Assembly: GCF_964355755.1 (NCBI RefSeq) | Contig: NC_092671.1 | Coordinates: forward strand, 7,192,001-7,256,000 | Direction: 5' to 3' | Length of the DNA stretch: 64,000 nucleotides | Origin: Antedon mediterranea | Taxonomy: Eukaryota; Animalia; Echinodermata | In this document: one piece after another, positions 1 through 14,000 of the stretch | Layout: each line of letters opens with the position of its first letter | Position numbering within the stretch: position 1 is the first letter of the stretch | Program-made: the position numbers and the translations under genes | Notes under the pieces: generated by a model | The model's database searches: none | The model's input: the letters and a program-made list of their open reading frames with translations, nothing else | Told to the model about the DNA's origin: nothing

Positions 1-1342
1 AAACTGCCACTGAGAGATTATGGGTTGGGAGTGATAATAACATAATTTGTACTGGGGTGTAGTGTAGTAGGGGGAGGAGGAGCGAAAATACTAGCGTAAT
101 GAAGTAGCCTATATGATTGGATTGTACTAGGAAAAGTTACTCAATTTCCCTATTGTACCGGGAATGTTCTAAGCTATATTTCAACATCATCCGCCACCTA
201 GGATCCAAGTTAGGGACCAAAATGTGGTCAAAACCCCCACTTTCGATGTTTGTTCGTTATACAAATTTCTGTTTCTGCACGTAACCATACGTATGGGGTA
301 TCAAAATGATGGCAATTGTACCCGGAAGGTTTTAAACTACATTAAAAAAAATTCCCCCGACTCCTGGGGTTTTTGTGGGAGGGGTGGGGGCGGGGGTGGT
401 GTGGTGGTTTGTGACGTCATTTTTTGCTAGGGCTCGGGGTTGTAGGCTATCGAATTGTAAAATTATACTACAAAAGTTTGACAGTATTTGAATTATCCTC
501 AGCAAGGCGTTTGGGAAAATATAGATATAGATATACATATTTTATTCATTAACCAATATGACACCTATTCAATTACACATTTAGCAAAGTACTTTAACCA
601 TATCCAGCTATGTATCGGTCTCTTGGATTGTCTCATTACAGACATCCATACACTGTGTGAACATACACATGATGTTTACTGTTACTGTGTTCAACTACAT
701 CACCAATCCTCCAAGAAAAAAACGTCAATTGTGGGAGAGTGGGGTTAGGAGATAGGGTTTGGGTTCAGGGGATTTGGCTTACACCAGAATTGTGGTTGTT
801 AATCATCCCTGGGAAGCAGATGGGAGTTTGGGGTGGGGATGTAGGCCTATCACCATGACCGAAACTGTATTTGGAATGTTTTAAACTACATTTGAAAACT
901 GCCACTGAGGGATTATGGGTTGGGAGTGATAATAACATAATTTGTACTGGGGTGTAGTGTAGTAGGGGGAGGAGGAGCGAAAATACTAGCGTAATGAAGT
1001 AGCCTATATGATTGGATTGTACTAGGAAAAGTTAACGCAGTATCTAAATAACATATTTTAATTATCAGCCAATATGACACCTATTCATTTACACAATTTA
1101 CAACGTACCATTTAACCATTATTAGACCCATCGTAGCTATGCATACTCCTCTCAATTCGAAGCTTAAGTTGAATTGAATTTGTCCATCACTGGGAAGAAT
1201 TTGTTTTTAAGAAAGAGTATGGGGTGTTATTGAAGAGGGGTGGAGGTTGGCGAGTATAGACAGATACTGGCGTCGGGTGTTATGTACTGAGAAGGCTGTA
1301 AACTAATTTTGAAACCCGCCCTGGGGCGGGTATAATTGCTAG
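1..1342 (+). mobile_element. 3' part of a non-autonomous Helitron-like element
   Basis: Ends in a GC hairpin ACCCGCCC-TG-GGGCGGGT (1314-1331) followed by ATAATTG-CTAG|T, the typical Helitron 3' end. Internal direct repeat 1-139 matches 896-1034, and ~535-582 resembles ~1051-1100. No coding capacity; 5' end lies outside the window. Confidence 0.55.
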
Positions 1343-1800
1343 TCAGCTATATACGTAGATTACAAACGAAACATCCGGGTAATTACTGGATATAAAGTAG
1401 GCCATGCTAAAACGTCACGAATGATCCGCAAATTACGCATTGAATCGGACCGATGCTCACACTCGTCAAAAATGATATGATTTATTGTTTACAGAGAAAT
1501 ACAACGCTCAAAGACACTTTATAGCCTCTCTAAAATTTATGAATATTTTATAAATGAGAAGACGTATTCAAAATAATAAATTATTCTTGTCTTTTAGATT
1601 CAGAATACATCATGCAGTTACAATGTCAACACTCATTCAGTTTCGGTTTTTTTCTCTGCATTCCATAAAAATTAGGAATAATATGTTTTACTTCGTCAAA
1701 CATAACACAAAAGAATTTTAAAAAAAAAAGATTTTAAAAAACTCGTTGACGGTCATAATTGTAATTTCTTACAAAAACAAAAAAATAAATTTAATTACAG

Positions 1801-3774
1801 ACTGTCGGGGTGACCTGGTTTTCAATGAATGTGCAAGTGCCTGCCCAACCACATGCGACAACTTAGATGAAATCCAAATATGCATCTTACTGTGCGTACC
1901 AAAATGTGCCTGTCCATCAGGAACGATACTAAAAGACCTCAACTCAACAACATGCGTCCCTCCTGAACAATGCCACTGTCCACAAATAAAATGTGCCAAT
2001 CCGTGTCCATTTGGAACAGAAGTGACCGCTGGTGGCTGTCCAACTTGTACATGTCTTTCTAATCCAGGTATGCGTGTTGGTGACTCTAAATGAATTTGAA
2101 AAACCCCACTTCTTGACAAAACTGTTAATGTTCAAATTCTGCTGCTTTCGAACATCTCCCGCAGCGCAAACCAGGCTTCAGCTCCTCAGCTCTCTGTACG
2201 TGTCCTCTCTGTGTCTTGATGTTTTAAAAGGCCTAAGAAAATTATATTATGTCATAGGTCATCTGAACCTTCCAGCGGAGCGTCCCATAGACAAATTCTA
2301 AAATAGTATATTAATTTTGATTAAAGCTACGTGTCTTGATGGAAGTTTACCAGTCAGTTGTGTAGTAAACCCATGTGAAGGAACAATTTGTGAGGTCAAC
2401 CCTATGACATCGTGTGTGTATGTACACTTTCTTTTCCATTTGTGTGCCGTAAACATTCTTACATCCATTCACAATGTATAAAAAGTAAAATCGCAATAGT
2501 TATTTCCAGTTTAAGAGAAGTGTATACTTACTATATTTTATTTCATATAATAGACCAAATTACTGCGGTGGTTGTTTTGCCGATTTTTACGATCGTAATT
2601 TAAATCTCGACTTTGAATGTTTAGAAGCAAGTATGTATACTTTTGAATATACATCGTATATAGTTACATAATGTAGTTTCCAATTACACGTATCATAATT
2701 ATATAGCATAGAAACAGTAATTGTAGGTTTTTGTATCTTTTAACATAAATTGTCACGTGTATACATTATATTGCAACAGGCTGTCGTGGTGATCTTGTTT
2801 TGAATACATGCGGCAGTGCGTGTCCAGTGACATGCGAAAATCTGAACAACATCCCAGCCTGTATTGAACTGTGTGTACCAAAATGTGACTGTCCGCATGG
2901 AATGGTGCCCAGAGAGCTTGACTCGATCGAGTGTGTTCTCCCTGAACAGTGCAATGCAGACTGTGTAGGTGACTTGGTTTTCAACCCGTGTGGCAGTGCG
3001 TGTCCAGTGACATGCGACAATCTAAGCAACATCCCAGCCTGTATTGAACTGTGTGTACCAAAATGTGACTGTCCGCATGGAATGGTGCCCAGAGAGCTTG
3101 ACTCGATCGAGTGTGTTCTCCCTGAACAGTGCAATGCACACTGTGCAAGTGACTTGGTATTCAACCCGTGTGGCAGTGCGTGTCCAGTGACATGCGACAA
3201 TCTAAGCAACATCCCAGCCTGTATTGAACTGTGTGTACCAAAATGTGACTGTCCGCCTGGAATGGTGCCCAGAGAGCTTGACTCTATCGAGTGTGTTCTC
3301 CCTGAACAGTGCAATGCAGACTGTGCAGGTGACTTGGTATTCAACCCGTGTGGCAGTGCGTGTCCAGTTACCTGTGGCAATATTGATGAAACACTCATCT
3401 GTAGTACAGTCTGTGTGCCAAAATGTACTTGTCCAACAGGAATGGTACTTAAACATGTTCACTCAACAACGTGCGTTCTTCCAGGACAATGCAACTGTAC
3501 TTTTCTGCAGGTGAGGAGGTTACACTTTGTAAATTGGTAATTAGTCAGCATTCATTATAATCGATCACGTGTACTAGAATTTTTAACAAGGCCATATACA
3601 TGGCTGCAGTCGCGTGCTCGTGTTTACCGACTAACCGACCGACCGACATAGTGAGCTGTACAGAAAAGTTGCATGCCATCATCATAAACAAGATCAGCCA
3701 CAGAGTCGTTTGTTTTTGTCTTATAATAAAGTACTTTGTATCTATTTTTACAGAAATGGTTTGGACTATGTTAA
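1801..3774 (+). CDS. Cysteine-rich multidomain serine-protease inhibitor (TIL x5 + antistasin-like + NYCGGC module), 5'-incomplete
   Basis: Phase-consistent exons 1801-2067 (TIL CRGDLVFNECASACPTTC... then antistasin-like CPQIKCANPCPFGTEVTAGGCPTCTC), 2327-2417 and 2554-2630 (PCEGTICEVNPMTSCVPNYCGGCFADFYD), 2780-3510 (four 60-aa TIL repeats). Probable last exon 3754-3774 (KWFGLC*); alternatively read-through to the stop at 3540. No signal-peptide exon found. Confidence 0.85.
2780..3495 (+). repeat. Coding tandem repeat, 4 x 180 bp (TIL domains)
   Basis: Lines 2821/3001/3181 and 2881/3061/3241 are near-identical; the fourth unit is more diverged. Confidence 0.95.
3584..3675 (+). mobile_element. 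Helentron-associated (HINE-like) fragment
   Basis: AACAAGGCCATATACATGGC hairpin, AGTCGCGTGC, an (ACCG)n microsatellite, then ACATAGTGAGCTGTA; this layout resembles DINE/HINE elements. Confidence 0.4.
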
Positions 3775-5291
3775 TTACAGAAGTGGCTTGTGGACTACTG
3801 TATGCTAATTATCTTCTCTGGAGACATCTATTCAACGTCTATGCGTCATTGTGTTCGAGGGGCTTTTAAAAACCACCGCGCAAACATAAGTAACACTTTG
3901 CAAACGCACGATACTATAAGTAGGCCGCACGCACAAAGGGATATATATATATTAGTACTTACTGTACTTTACATTGTATACAAAATAATGTTTATGAGTG
4001 AAATAATTTCAAGAGTAGAAAGATGAATTCACGAGGCGACTATATAGGCCTAATATTAAGATTTATATACTGATTTTTTAAGATAAATTAGTATAGATCG
4101 ATAGGCCTATTGCATATAAAAGACGAGAAAAACAGTAAAAAAGTTTCCCGATCGAGACTTAAATTGATAATCTGTATACAGATATAACTTTATATAAAAC
4201 AATTCGTTATTTATTGATTGATGTAGTGTCTTAGTACATACTGAAATATATAATATAAATATAATTATTATTAACACAATGCGTTTAAAATATACGGGTA
4301 ATTGTGAATGTTACAAAACACAAAAATGTATTCGTTCTTTCACTCATTCATATGTTAAAAGGCCAGGTGCGGGCAAAAAATTTCTATTGATCATAGATGC
4401 TAATAATTATCGATCTATAGTTTCCCCTATGTTTCATATTTTTAGGGATTTTATTTGTGTTACACGAGCTTGTTGAAAATAAGCACTTTCTTATCAGTGG
4501 GGGGATAGTTCAAATTACACAGTAATTCTCTATTCTTTTGTACACGAATTTTGTAAATAGAGAGGCATTTTAAAAAGCTATAAAAAATAAACGGTGTGGT
4601 AAAAAATGTTATCAGATGACTAAATATAGGTAATATAACTTTTACATTTCTGGTATTTTTATTCAACTTCAGATTTTTATTTTCATGCTATAGAAAAAAT
4701 TATCCACCGTGTATCCACCATCTTTTTTCACCTTCTAGGGAGTCACCAGACATGTTATTACATTAGGTTAAACTACCTAACTACTGAAAAAAAGTCTTCC
4801 TGGTTTTTATGGCAGAATTTTGCCAAATTTTGTATTTGACCATATTAAAAGAAATTCATATTTTTTCGTCTTGATTTGTGTTTCAAATATTTAATTTATG
4901 TACAATTAACCAGATATTATATTTAAAATTCATGCCTGTACCTGAGCTTTAAGGCCGTATCTAACACTGAAGGATCATATAACCTGTGTATTAAACTATG
5001 GTATTAAACTTCACCAGTAATAAAGTAGTTCATTAAACTAAAAGATTTTTTCAACAAAAGAAGCTACCTAGTTTGTATAGTTTTTCATCACGATTTCATA
5101 TTGAGCAATATAAAAGAGTTTAGGAGAAAAAGTTTTGTTAATATCAAACTATTGAGGGCGTTATTCGATTTTGACGAGCGAGGCGGCGCAATGTGATCAT
5201 CTAGCTGGAAAAAGCATGTTTTTTGGTAAAAAGTCTCATTTATTTACAAGCGCTTACGGAAGATACAAACACAACTTTTAGTTCACAGCAA

Positions 5292-8200
5292 ATGCAATTT
5301 TCTCAGCCAAGTTTATTTTTGATAGATGTAATGGAAACTCAACAAGAAGGTAACCTTTAATTGAATAAACCACGCATACATTTTGCAACCTACAGTAGTG
5401 CTGATCGTAGGCTTACGCCGGTAGACGATGTCCTTAGTTTGTATGGGATGGAATCGATAGTCTCCCGTCTCTTAAACAGTAAACTTTAAGTAAGGAAGTG
5501 ATCAGGCCTACGTCTGGGCTATGTTTACGCGTCTAATTTTGCATGTTTCTGATGGAAAATTCTAATGAAGATGGAATGTTTTTGTTGTTTCAGATAACCA
5601 AACTGTTCCAGAAAGTGTGGATATATTTCAGCCTATCGAAGGTATTTTAATGTTTGATTTAGGCCCTATACTATATATTATTAATATTATTCTAAATATA
5701 TTATTTGTAATATTTTAAAATATTATAAGCCTACTAGGAATATTTACCATTCAGAATTGTGTGTGAATTTGACCAAACCAGTACAGTATTGTAAATATAA
5801 ATCTGAATCAGGCCACAAAAGTATTATGTAAATTAATTGATTCAAATAGTTAAAGGAGGGAAAACTAATTTTTTTTCCCAGAGAGTCAAATTTTATTGCC
5901 TGAGCAAGCACAATGTTTGGCTGTGCAAGCCTTACTCCGAATGTGTGACGTACAGTTCACAATACAACAGAAAAAAAATGCAGAACAGATGTTCCCTTCA
6001 GGTACTCCTTTTGTTTTTCATATTAATATCATCTAGTATTTAAATCGCCTCAAAGATTTTGTTAAGATGTTTTTTTTAATGAATTGTGCTTTTTTAATTA
6101 AAAAAAAAGATTGAAGTTATTGCACGTTTTTTTATATTTTTATTTGTAACTTTAACTATATTGAGAACTTTTAAAATGGGTTTATTTAAATGTACACTAT
6201 CTTGTTTATTTTCGTTCAGGTGAACTTCCCTTTATAAAAACAGACAAAGCGATTGTATCCGAGTTTGAACCGATTGTTGACTTCTTAGCATCAAGAGTAA
6301 GTCATACATTTTGTTAAAATGTTTAATTTGAAGAAAAAATATGCATAATTACTGGTTTATATCAATCTTTATAAATTGTGATTACTGTGTGGAATTTTCT
6401 CATTCAAAGTTTGAGAATTTGTTTTTTTAAGAACAAAATGTTTCATAAAAAAGAACTATATTTGTATGTTATTTTTTAGGGTAAATCTCTCTCAGCAGAT
6501 CTCAGCTCAGCACAAAAAGCAGAATTACAGGCATACATGACCCTGACAACCAACAGGCTATACATGGCCAAGGTAATCTCAAACATACTAGTACAGTACT
6601 ACATAGTAGAACCTGTATTAAAGGGGACATTAACAAATTGTTCCCTTAGTAGAGGTTTCCCAAAATATATTATAAATTAACTCATGCTAGTGATCGAATA
6701 TATTAAACATTAACAGTTAGGTTTCCCGGATTAATACTTATTAACAGAAACATTGCCCTTAAAAAAAAGCTTAACTTTAAAACAACTAATTGTGCACCTG
6801 GCATACATAAGGTAAAACAACTATTGAAAAATGTCCTATTCTGAATTACTTTAACAATTAATAGTTACCCTTCCCAAAACTGTTTCTTTTGGCAGCTATA
6901 TATCAGCTGGGTTGTAAAGGACAATGCAAGTGCAATATCCAGACCCAGGTATGGGTCGCCTCACAAGTGGCCATTGAACCACATTCTGGCCTGGTCAAAA
7001 CAAGCTAAGATTTACAAAAAGCTGAGAGTATCTGGCTGGACTAGCAAGACAAAGGAACAGGTAAAGTAAAATCGGTTATTAACAGTGGCATGTACACAAG
7101 TGAAATAATGCAGTCATTCCCCCCGTTACTAGTAGTAGTAATTTATGGTTATTTTTTATGCCATAACATATTTACAATAAACTTTACAAATATTGAGGTC
7201 TTAATTAATTAACTGAACCTAATTTATTACAGGTTTATGATGACATACACAATTGCTGTCGTTCTCTGTCAGATCGTATTGGAGACCAGTATTACTTTTT
7301 CTTGGATCAGTAAGTTTAATACTTTATCAATTTCGTAATTTGGAATGTCAACTTCGGAGACCTAGCTGCTAAATTTGCCTTTAAATGTTAACTTTTTGCC
7401 CTAATTTGGCCATGCTACCACATACAGAATTTTCGGAAAGTTCATTGCCATCTGCAAGCCATCAATTTAAAAATCATACATTTGTTTAAAAAAAACTGTT
7501 TTCACTATTTTTACTTTTTAATTACTAAATTGAGATATATGCATGGATACTACTAGAATACTCAATAATTTGGCTCCTTTATGAAAATTAATTATTAAGT
7601 TGTCAAATGAATTTTACTCTTAAATTATTAATGTTTTGAATTCAGTAATTAAATTGTGTCAGCGTCATTTTACACAAGATTGATTTAAAGTTTATTTTTA
7701 GTCTGTATATTATCTTTTAAAAACATTTAAAGATATTTACAGAAATGGTTTAGATAGAAAAGCAGAAAACCCCTCCCAAACCCCTCCCTCAGTCACCCCA
7801 CTCTATTGTCCATTTAACGAACATGGGGAAAGACTCTGTTCAGGGGATACTTGCTGGCTCCCAAAGGTTAATAGATCTAGGTTACTGTAGTACAGAGTAC
7901 ATGTAAGTTGTAATTGCAAGTACTGTTTACAACTCTTAATTTCCAAATTTATATTGTAATTATTTATATGACTTTCCAAGTATTTCAAATCATGTTGGCA
8001 TGTTAGATTTTTTAAATAGAAATTTAAAGAAAAAATATCACATTAATTCAAGTTAAATTAATGTGATGCTATTTGGAGCAGCTAAACTAATATTGATTAT
8101 AACGTACTAGCATAAATATTCTAAATTTTGACAAACTGAAATTGCAAAATTTCATTTTGGTATTTTAGTGTATTCAACAATCTGCAAATCCTATCAACTT

Positions 8201-8524
8201 CATCAAACCAATCAAGCGAGTTATTACAAATTATTGTAAAAAGCGAACTAAGAAAAAATTACCTTTGACATAATTTTTTTGATTTGCCTTCCTGTACGAA
8301 TTGAAAGCGATATACAGTACAGTAGTTTTAGATTTCCAGAAAATTAATAGTATTAATTTATTCAATGTTTTTCTAGGGTAACAGAACTGGACGCATTGGT
8401 TTACGGTCACCTGAAATCCATGCTTACCACGGAAGTTGACGGAGGAGAATTAGCAACCGTTGTCAAGGGCTACCCGAGACTTACACGCTTCTGCAAAAGA
8501 ATCGAAGATCGATATTTCTCTTAA
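5292..8524 (+). CDS. MTX2: Metaxin-2 (mitochondrial SAM complex, GST-like fold)
   Basis: Exons 5292-5349, 5594-5641, 5882-6001, 6220-6296, 6480-6572, 6896-7060, 7233-7309, 8377-8524, all GT-AG and in phase. Motifs [71 protein letters not shown] match metaxin-2. Start could instead be the ATG at 5331. Confidence 0.93.
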
Positions 8525-11001
8525 ATGCAATATTATAAATATATTAACTTTTAAAATAATATAAGGGAATAACCAACACCATAATGAAACAAATTGTTTT
8601 ACCAACAAAATTGTTAAATTTTTTGTTTGTCAATTTGATTGAAAGAGTGTGGAACCTTTTCTTAAAAGACATGGTGCTATTTAAAAAATGTCAAATAATG
8701 TCACAAATTACATTAACATTTCTTAGCGTCATCCATATTAAAGGAGAGGTCTAGGTGGCGCGGTTTTTTAATCACTTTAACATGCATTTTGTAGTATATT
8801 ACTTACTGTAGTTCTGTATTTATATGCAAAAGTATTCAATTGGAAACATTATAACCATGTAATCTGTTTAAATAGAAATGATGATTGTACTGTAGGTTAT
8901 AATTGTTGTTGTAAAGGGTCGGCAGAATTATACGATACTCGGTATGAATATGTTCAAATAAACTGTATAAACATAAACTTTTGCTTTCTGTTTTCCACTC
9001 TAATAATGTGATATTGTTGCACGATATAAAGCATTATTGCTGTTACGACTTTTGACCTAAGAATTAAGCCTGTTTTTCATCCTTTAAATTTCCCGCAAAA
9101 TGCCATGCGACTCACCTGATTCTTCTCCTTCCTGGCTTGCCTGGGTGTTTCACTTTCAGGGCAGGGGAGCGTGTGGGCTCAGCTATATCTAACCAGAGTT
9201 TATAACCTCATATTGTAGGCATAATTCCGAGTTTATATAGAAATCAATATTCAGTGGCAATTAATTTGAATAATCCTCACGTAATATCTGTTAATTGGTG
9301 TGAAACAACTGCCTAAGTAGGCCTACATTTCTGGACAACTTTTTCAGATCAATAATAAAGACGTTGTTACATGGTTATTGCGCCCTCTCTATACTATCAA
9401 CTTTAAGCATAAAAACATGGATTTTTTAATCCATGGTAGGCCTATAAACTTTCTTTATTTATACGCCACCTGTAAAACCTTTGTGTACAGTTGTGTACAT
9501 GGTTAAAAGCCCAAATAACTACCTTTTTCCAATTTCTAAAAAACCTTAACTGTTCATGTATTCATGTTCAATTATTCATACATAATGTCGATTCTTAAGG
9601 GACGATTTGTTCAACAATATATGCAGGCATTTGTATAATATATAATATGAAAATGTAAAGTAAAAATGGATTTGAATTTGTAAAATACTAGTAATGTATA
9701 CCATCGAAATGTAATGCTTATCCACAAAAGCTGCGCTATCGTTATTATAACATTTCATACAAATATGCCATTAAAATATCGTTACATTAGGAGTCTGTTT
9801 GGAAGCGTCGATTTGTTCCGTTTATTACCTAATTTATCTAACCGTCAAAATTATTTGAATACGGCTTGTGAATTTGTATTTTAATAAATCATTATATATC
9901 TAATGTGAAATGAATACGTATACATAATGCGTGACAATTTTACTATTAATGAAGTAATATTATGTGCGCCGAGTGAGATACTGTCTAATCACAACTCTCT
10001 GGTCTAATTACGACAAGTTTCAAGTTCATTGCATGTGAACATTAAAATTGTCATGCTCTGAGGCGCTAAGTGAGAGGCCTTACAGATAGGAGATATTGCT
10101 TTTGGATAATTTGGATTGAATCTGTCCTAGTTTTAGGCCTACAGAGAGAAAAAGTTTTGTTTTTTAGATCTCACATTGTCAAACCCTCAGCAATGACATG
10201 TTGAAGATATAGCCTAGAATAGATAGATTTTAACGTCAAATAAATTCTTGGAATTTGATCAATTAAAATATTGATTATCTACTCTATCTTGTCTATCAAT
10301 CTTATAATAACTACGAGCTAAAACCTGTTTGTGGAATTGCGACTTAACGCCGCGCATTGAGTATCAATCTAGGCTTGAGATCTACCAAAATGTTGTAGTT
10401 ATAATATAGAATAAACTTTTGATATCATATAATGAACTGATAAGGTACCGTATTTCTTTAAAATTTCTTAAACCATTTAGAATAATAAATAATAATAATA
10501 TATTTAAAATGCTTATCTGTATACGGAAACAAATTATGAACGTCTCAACTCGGGTGGATCGTCAGCGACTGTGTCAAAATGTGGATATATATATTGGTTG
10601 TCAAAACAAAACATTTAACGGGTTGCATCTCTATGGGAATCGCGTATTTTCTTAGTAACGCAATATGCGCGTGCGTATTTTACTGTTACAAACTCTGTCA
10701 CGCGTTTCCGATACGCACTTCCGGTACGTTGTTCTGCTGCTCATGTTCATAAATTATAAAGATGGCTGTATTTTTTTATATGCATAATTTATATTTTTTT
10801 AATAAATGCGGGTAAATAGAATGATTTGCTTATCTGCGGAAACGTACGGTAAAAATTAGGAAATTCAACATAAACCAGTGACACCGTGTTTGAGGGCGCT
10901 ATTAAACTTCCTTCCCATCATGCATCTATTAGAAAACATGTCTGCGCCCATCAAAACGATAAATAAATAAAACAATATTGTTGATGTTTTTGTAAAATAG
11001 C

Positions 11002-14000
11002 ATGGATGAGAAATTTGAAAGTGGGCTAGTGTCGGCATTAAAGGTTGTTGTTGAACAAACAAATTGGCAGTTAGTAGGAAGTGTTGACGTTTTAAAACAA
11101 AAGAAATGTAACCGGTAAGGAATAAAATGATGATGAATAATATTAATAAGCCTAGAAAAGTAGCCTAGTCTAGAGTGTAGCTGAACGGGGGAGGACCACC
11201 ACAATGCACTGCTGACTGAGTGTACAAAAGTACCTAGATAGGCCTAATCCATAGCCTAGCCTAGAAAGAGGAAATCTGTCATCAATGTTTATTGATGATT
11301 ATATGGATGATGGTATGCTTGGCAATAAATATCACTTTGTCATTTCTTCCAATACAGTTTTAAAACCGTGGCAATTCTAATTTTTATTTTTTTTTTAATA
11401 TAAAAAATCATTATTGTGTGCAAAATTTACTGAATTTTGTAAATGTTTGTTTTTTTGTCTTGATAGATTTTCGACAGAAGATGATGAAGATATTATGGTT
11501 GTGTATTATAAACAAGAAAATAGGTTTTATGCAATGGATGCTACATGTCCCCATGAAGGTACTATACTGTACTAATAATGTAGGCCTAATAATACTACTT
11601 GAGTCTTATTTAAATACAGTTTTGTACACATCAAGTCTCTGTACAAAAACAATGTTTGATTCAACTATGCTTTAGCTACTTTTCTTTAATAATCATATTT
11701 ATATAAAATAAATAAATTAAAAATTAAATTAACTTGAATAGAACAGAAGGATAATGTTTACTCATTTCACTGTCTGTGTCCAATAATAATATGTTACTTC
11801 ATTTCTCAGTAATGATTAAAATTTTTAATTTTATTTAATTATATAATCATTTTTGTTTAAGGTGGGCCTCTTGACCTTGGCGATATTGAAGACATTGATG
11901 AGCATCCTAGCATTGTATGTCCATGGCATGATTTTGATTTTAGACTAGACAATGGAAAATCTACTTCAGGTTTAGAGGTAAAACGATATATCACATCATT
12001 AAATTTTTGTTTTTTATTTGTTATAATGTTTATTGTAATTATACTAGGCAAGTTACTACACTTATCATTTTCAGTTGTATGAGAGGTAAATAAAGTTTTC
12101 ACACATGATTTACTTGTACTATGTTTAATTTTCCAAATATTTTGTTTTAATTATATATTGTTTTTTAGGACCAATTAAAAATAATTACTATGTAAAGACT
12201 TTAAAAACATAAAACCTTTAATTGAAAATAATTAGAGTGATAATAAAGAACAAGTTTTCACAGTTCCAACAGGTCTCATAAATTAAAACAATAGACTGAC
12301 TTCACAAACTGGAAACTTTCTTTTTAAAAACAAATTCAAACTACAACATTTTCTTTTAAGTCAGCCCAAGGGTGTCAGTATTATAGGGAAAGATAATTTA
12401 TATAACCTAGGACCTCAGTAAAGAGTAGTAGTTTGGAGACACCTCTGCCTATAATTTTAACCAGAAACTCTCATGCCAAAGACTACTTACATATATTACA
12501 CTCTTCTTCTTGCATTTACCGGTTATAAAATCCAAAGTATATCCAATACAAATGACATTCAGAAATAACAAAAAAGTAGTGTAGTGGGAAATAATATGGC
12601 TCCCATGATACATGCCTTGCTTTAACAACATTTTATTACAAATGACCATAGAATTGAAATCAGAGTGTGCACACTGTGCCTAAACACCTATATGCAAATG
12701 AGTATGCAAATAAGTATAGACAATGAGAATAAATTTCCTTTAGAATGTAAAAAAAAAATCTATAAATAAATATTATCTAATACCAACAATAGGTGTCAAA
12801 ATGAAGTACAGTATTATATTTTACTTCTGGGTTTTGATATAGTTTTTACAATGGTTATGGCTAAATAAAAATAAAATAAAGAGGAAGGGATATTATTGAG
12901 TGAAATGTACTGTATTTGTTGTTTATTTCCATAGCAACCAACATATGATTTACAAGTTATTGATGGCAATGTCTATGTTTATTTATCATCAACAATTATT
13001 GGGTTAAAACATCAAGATGAAACAATAGGTATTTATAATTGCTTATTTAATAATTATGTATAATGTATACAATATAATTATTTATATTCATAATCTAAAC
13101 AAATATTTCATTATGTTGTATTAGAACTTAGTACATCCAAGTTTTTAGACAGTACTGACAATGCAACATATGAAGATTGTTTATGTTATTGGGCAAATCA
13201 GATATTAAGAACAGCTGATCCAGAGGAAAAGGTAACATTTTATACTCAACTCTCTTCAATAATAGCTCTGATTTCAGAATGCAACTTTGAATCCATCAGT
13301 CCTTTTTTTGGCAAAGTATACTCGATCTCTATCATAAAAATCATAAGTGAAGACTCCCTTTAATCAGCCCACTTTTTTGTGGTAATTGTAAGTAATTCTA
13401 TTAATTTAAAGTTCTCTGTTGAGATTGTTGTTATATACATTAGTTGTTGTTGTACTATAATGTTTAAATACGAAGATGACACATAGCAATAATAAATCAT
13501 TTTTTATACTATTGTTTTCAGGTAAGGCTCACGCATGAAGTTGAAAGGAGATGGAATGAGGGCGTAATTGGTAGCGTTGGATCATGCACGCCCCCTGATC
13601 AACCTCATAGAGTTGCTGATTTGGACGTTGTTGCTCCTGGAAAAATCAAGAGGGGAAAAGCAGGAACATTGGTTAGTTGTTACCATAGTTACACAAACTA
13701 GCTAGGTTCCTACCATATGACTGGCTATACCATAGACATATTATAGTCCACCCTTGAGTCCACTATAATATGTATGGTTATATTATATACAAGCTGTTGT
13801 ATGTTATTATAAAGTATGGGTTCCAGGCAGAGTTTTGGCTTAATATTAGAAAAAGATAAATATTTTGGCACATATAGCGTTTCATACATATACTACTTGA
13901 GCTCTGTATTTTCAGAGAAAAAATAATTAATAAATACAGACTTGGAGCTAGTTTAAAATAATTTGAGAATGAGTGTAGTCTATTACATTAAAATAAACTT

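Noticed and set aside
1769-3398. Minus-strand ORFs of 116 and 210 aa
   Set aside because: Antisense shadows of the TIL exons.
6002-6012. Possible U12-type intron donors (GTACTCCTTT here; GTATCTT at 36372 and 40172)
   Set aside because: None matches RTATCCTTT and no U12 branch point was evident; treated as U2 introns.
9116-9215. Minus-strand exon-like segment ending CAG|GTGAGT (GYKLWLDIAEPTRSPALKVKHPGKPGRRRI)
   Set aside because: No good acceptor or start, no partner exons and no recognisable family; probably a TE remnant.
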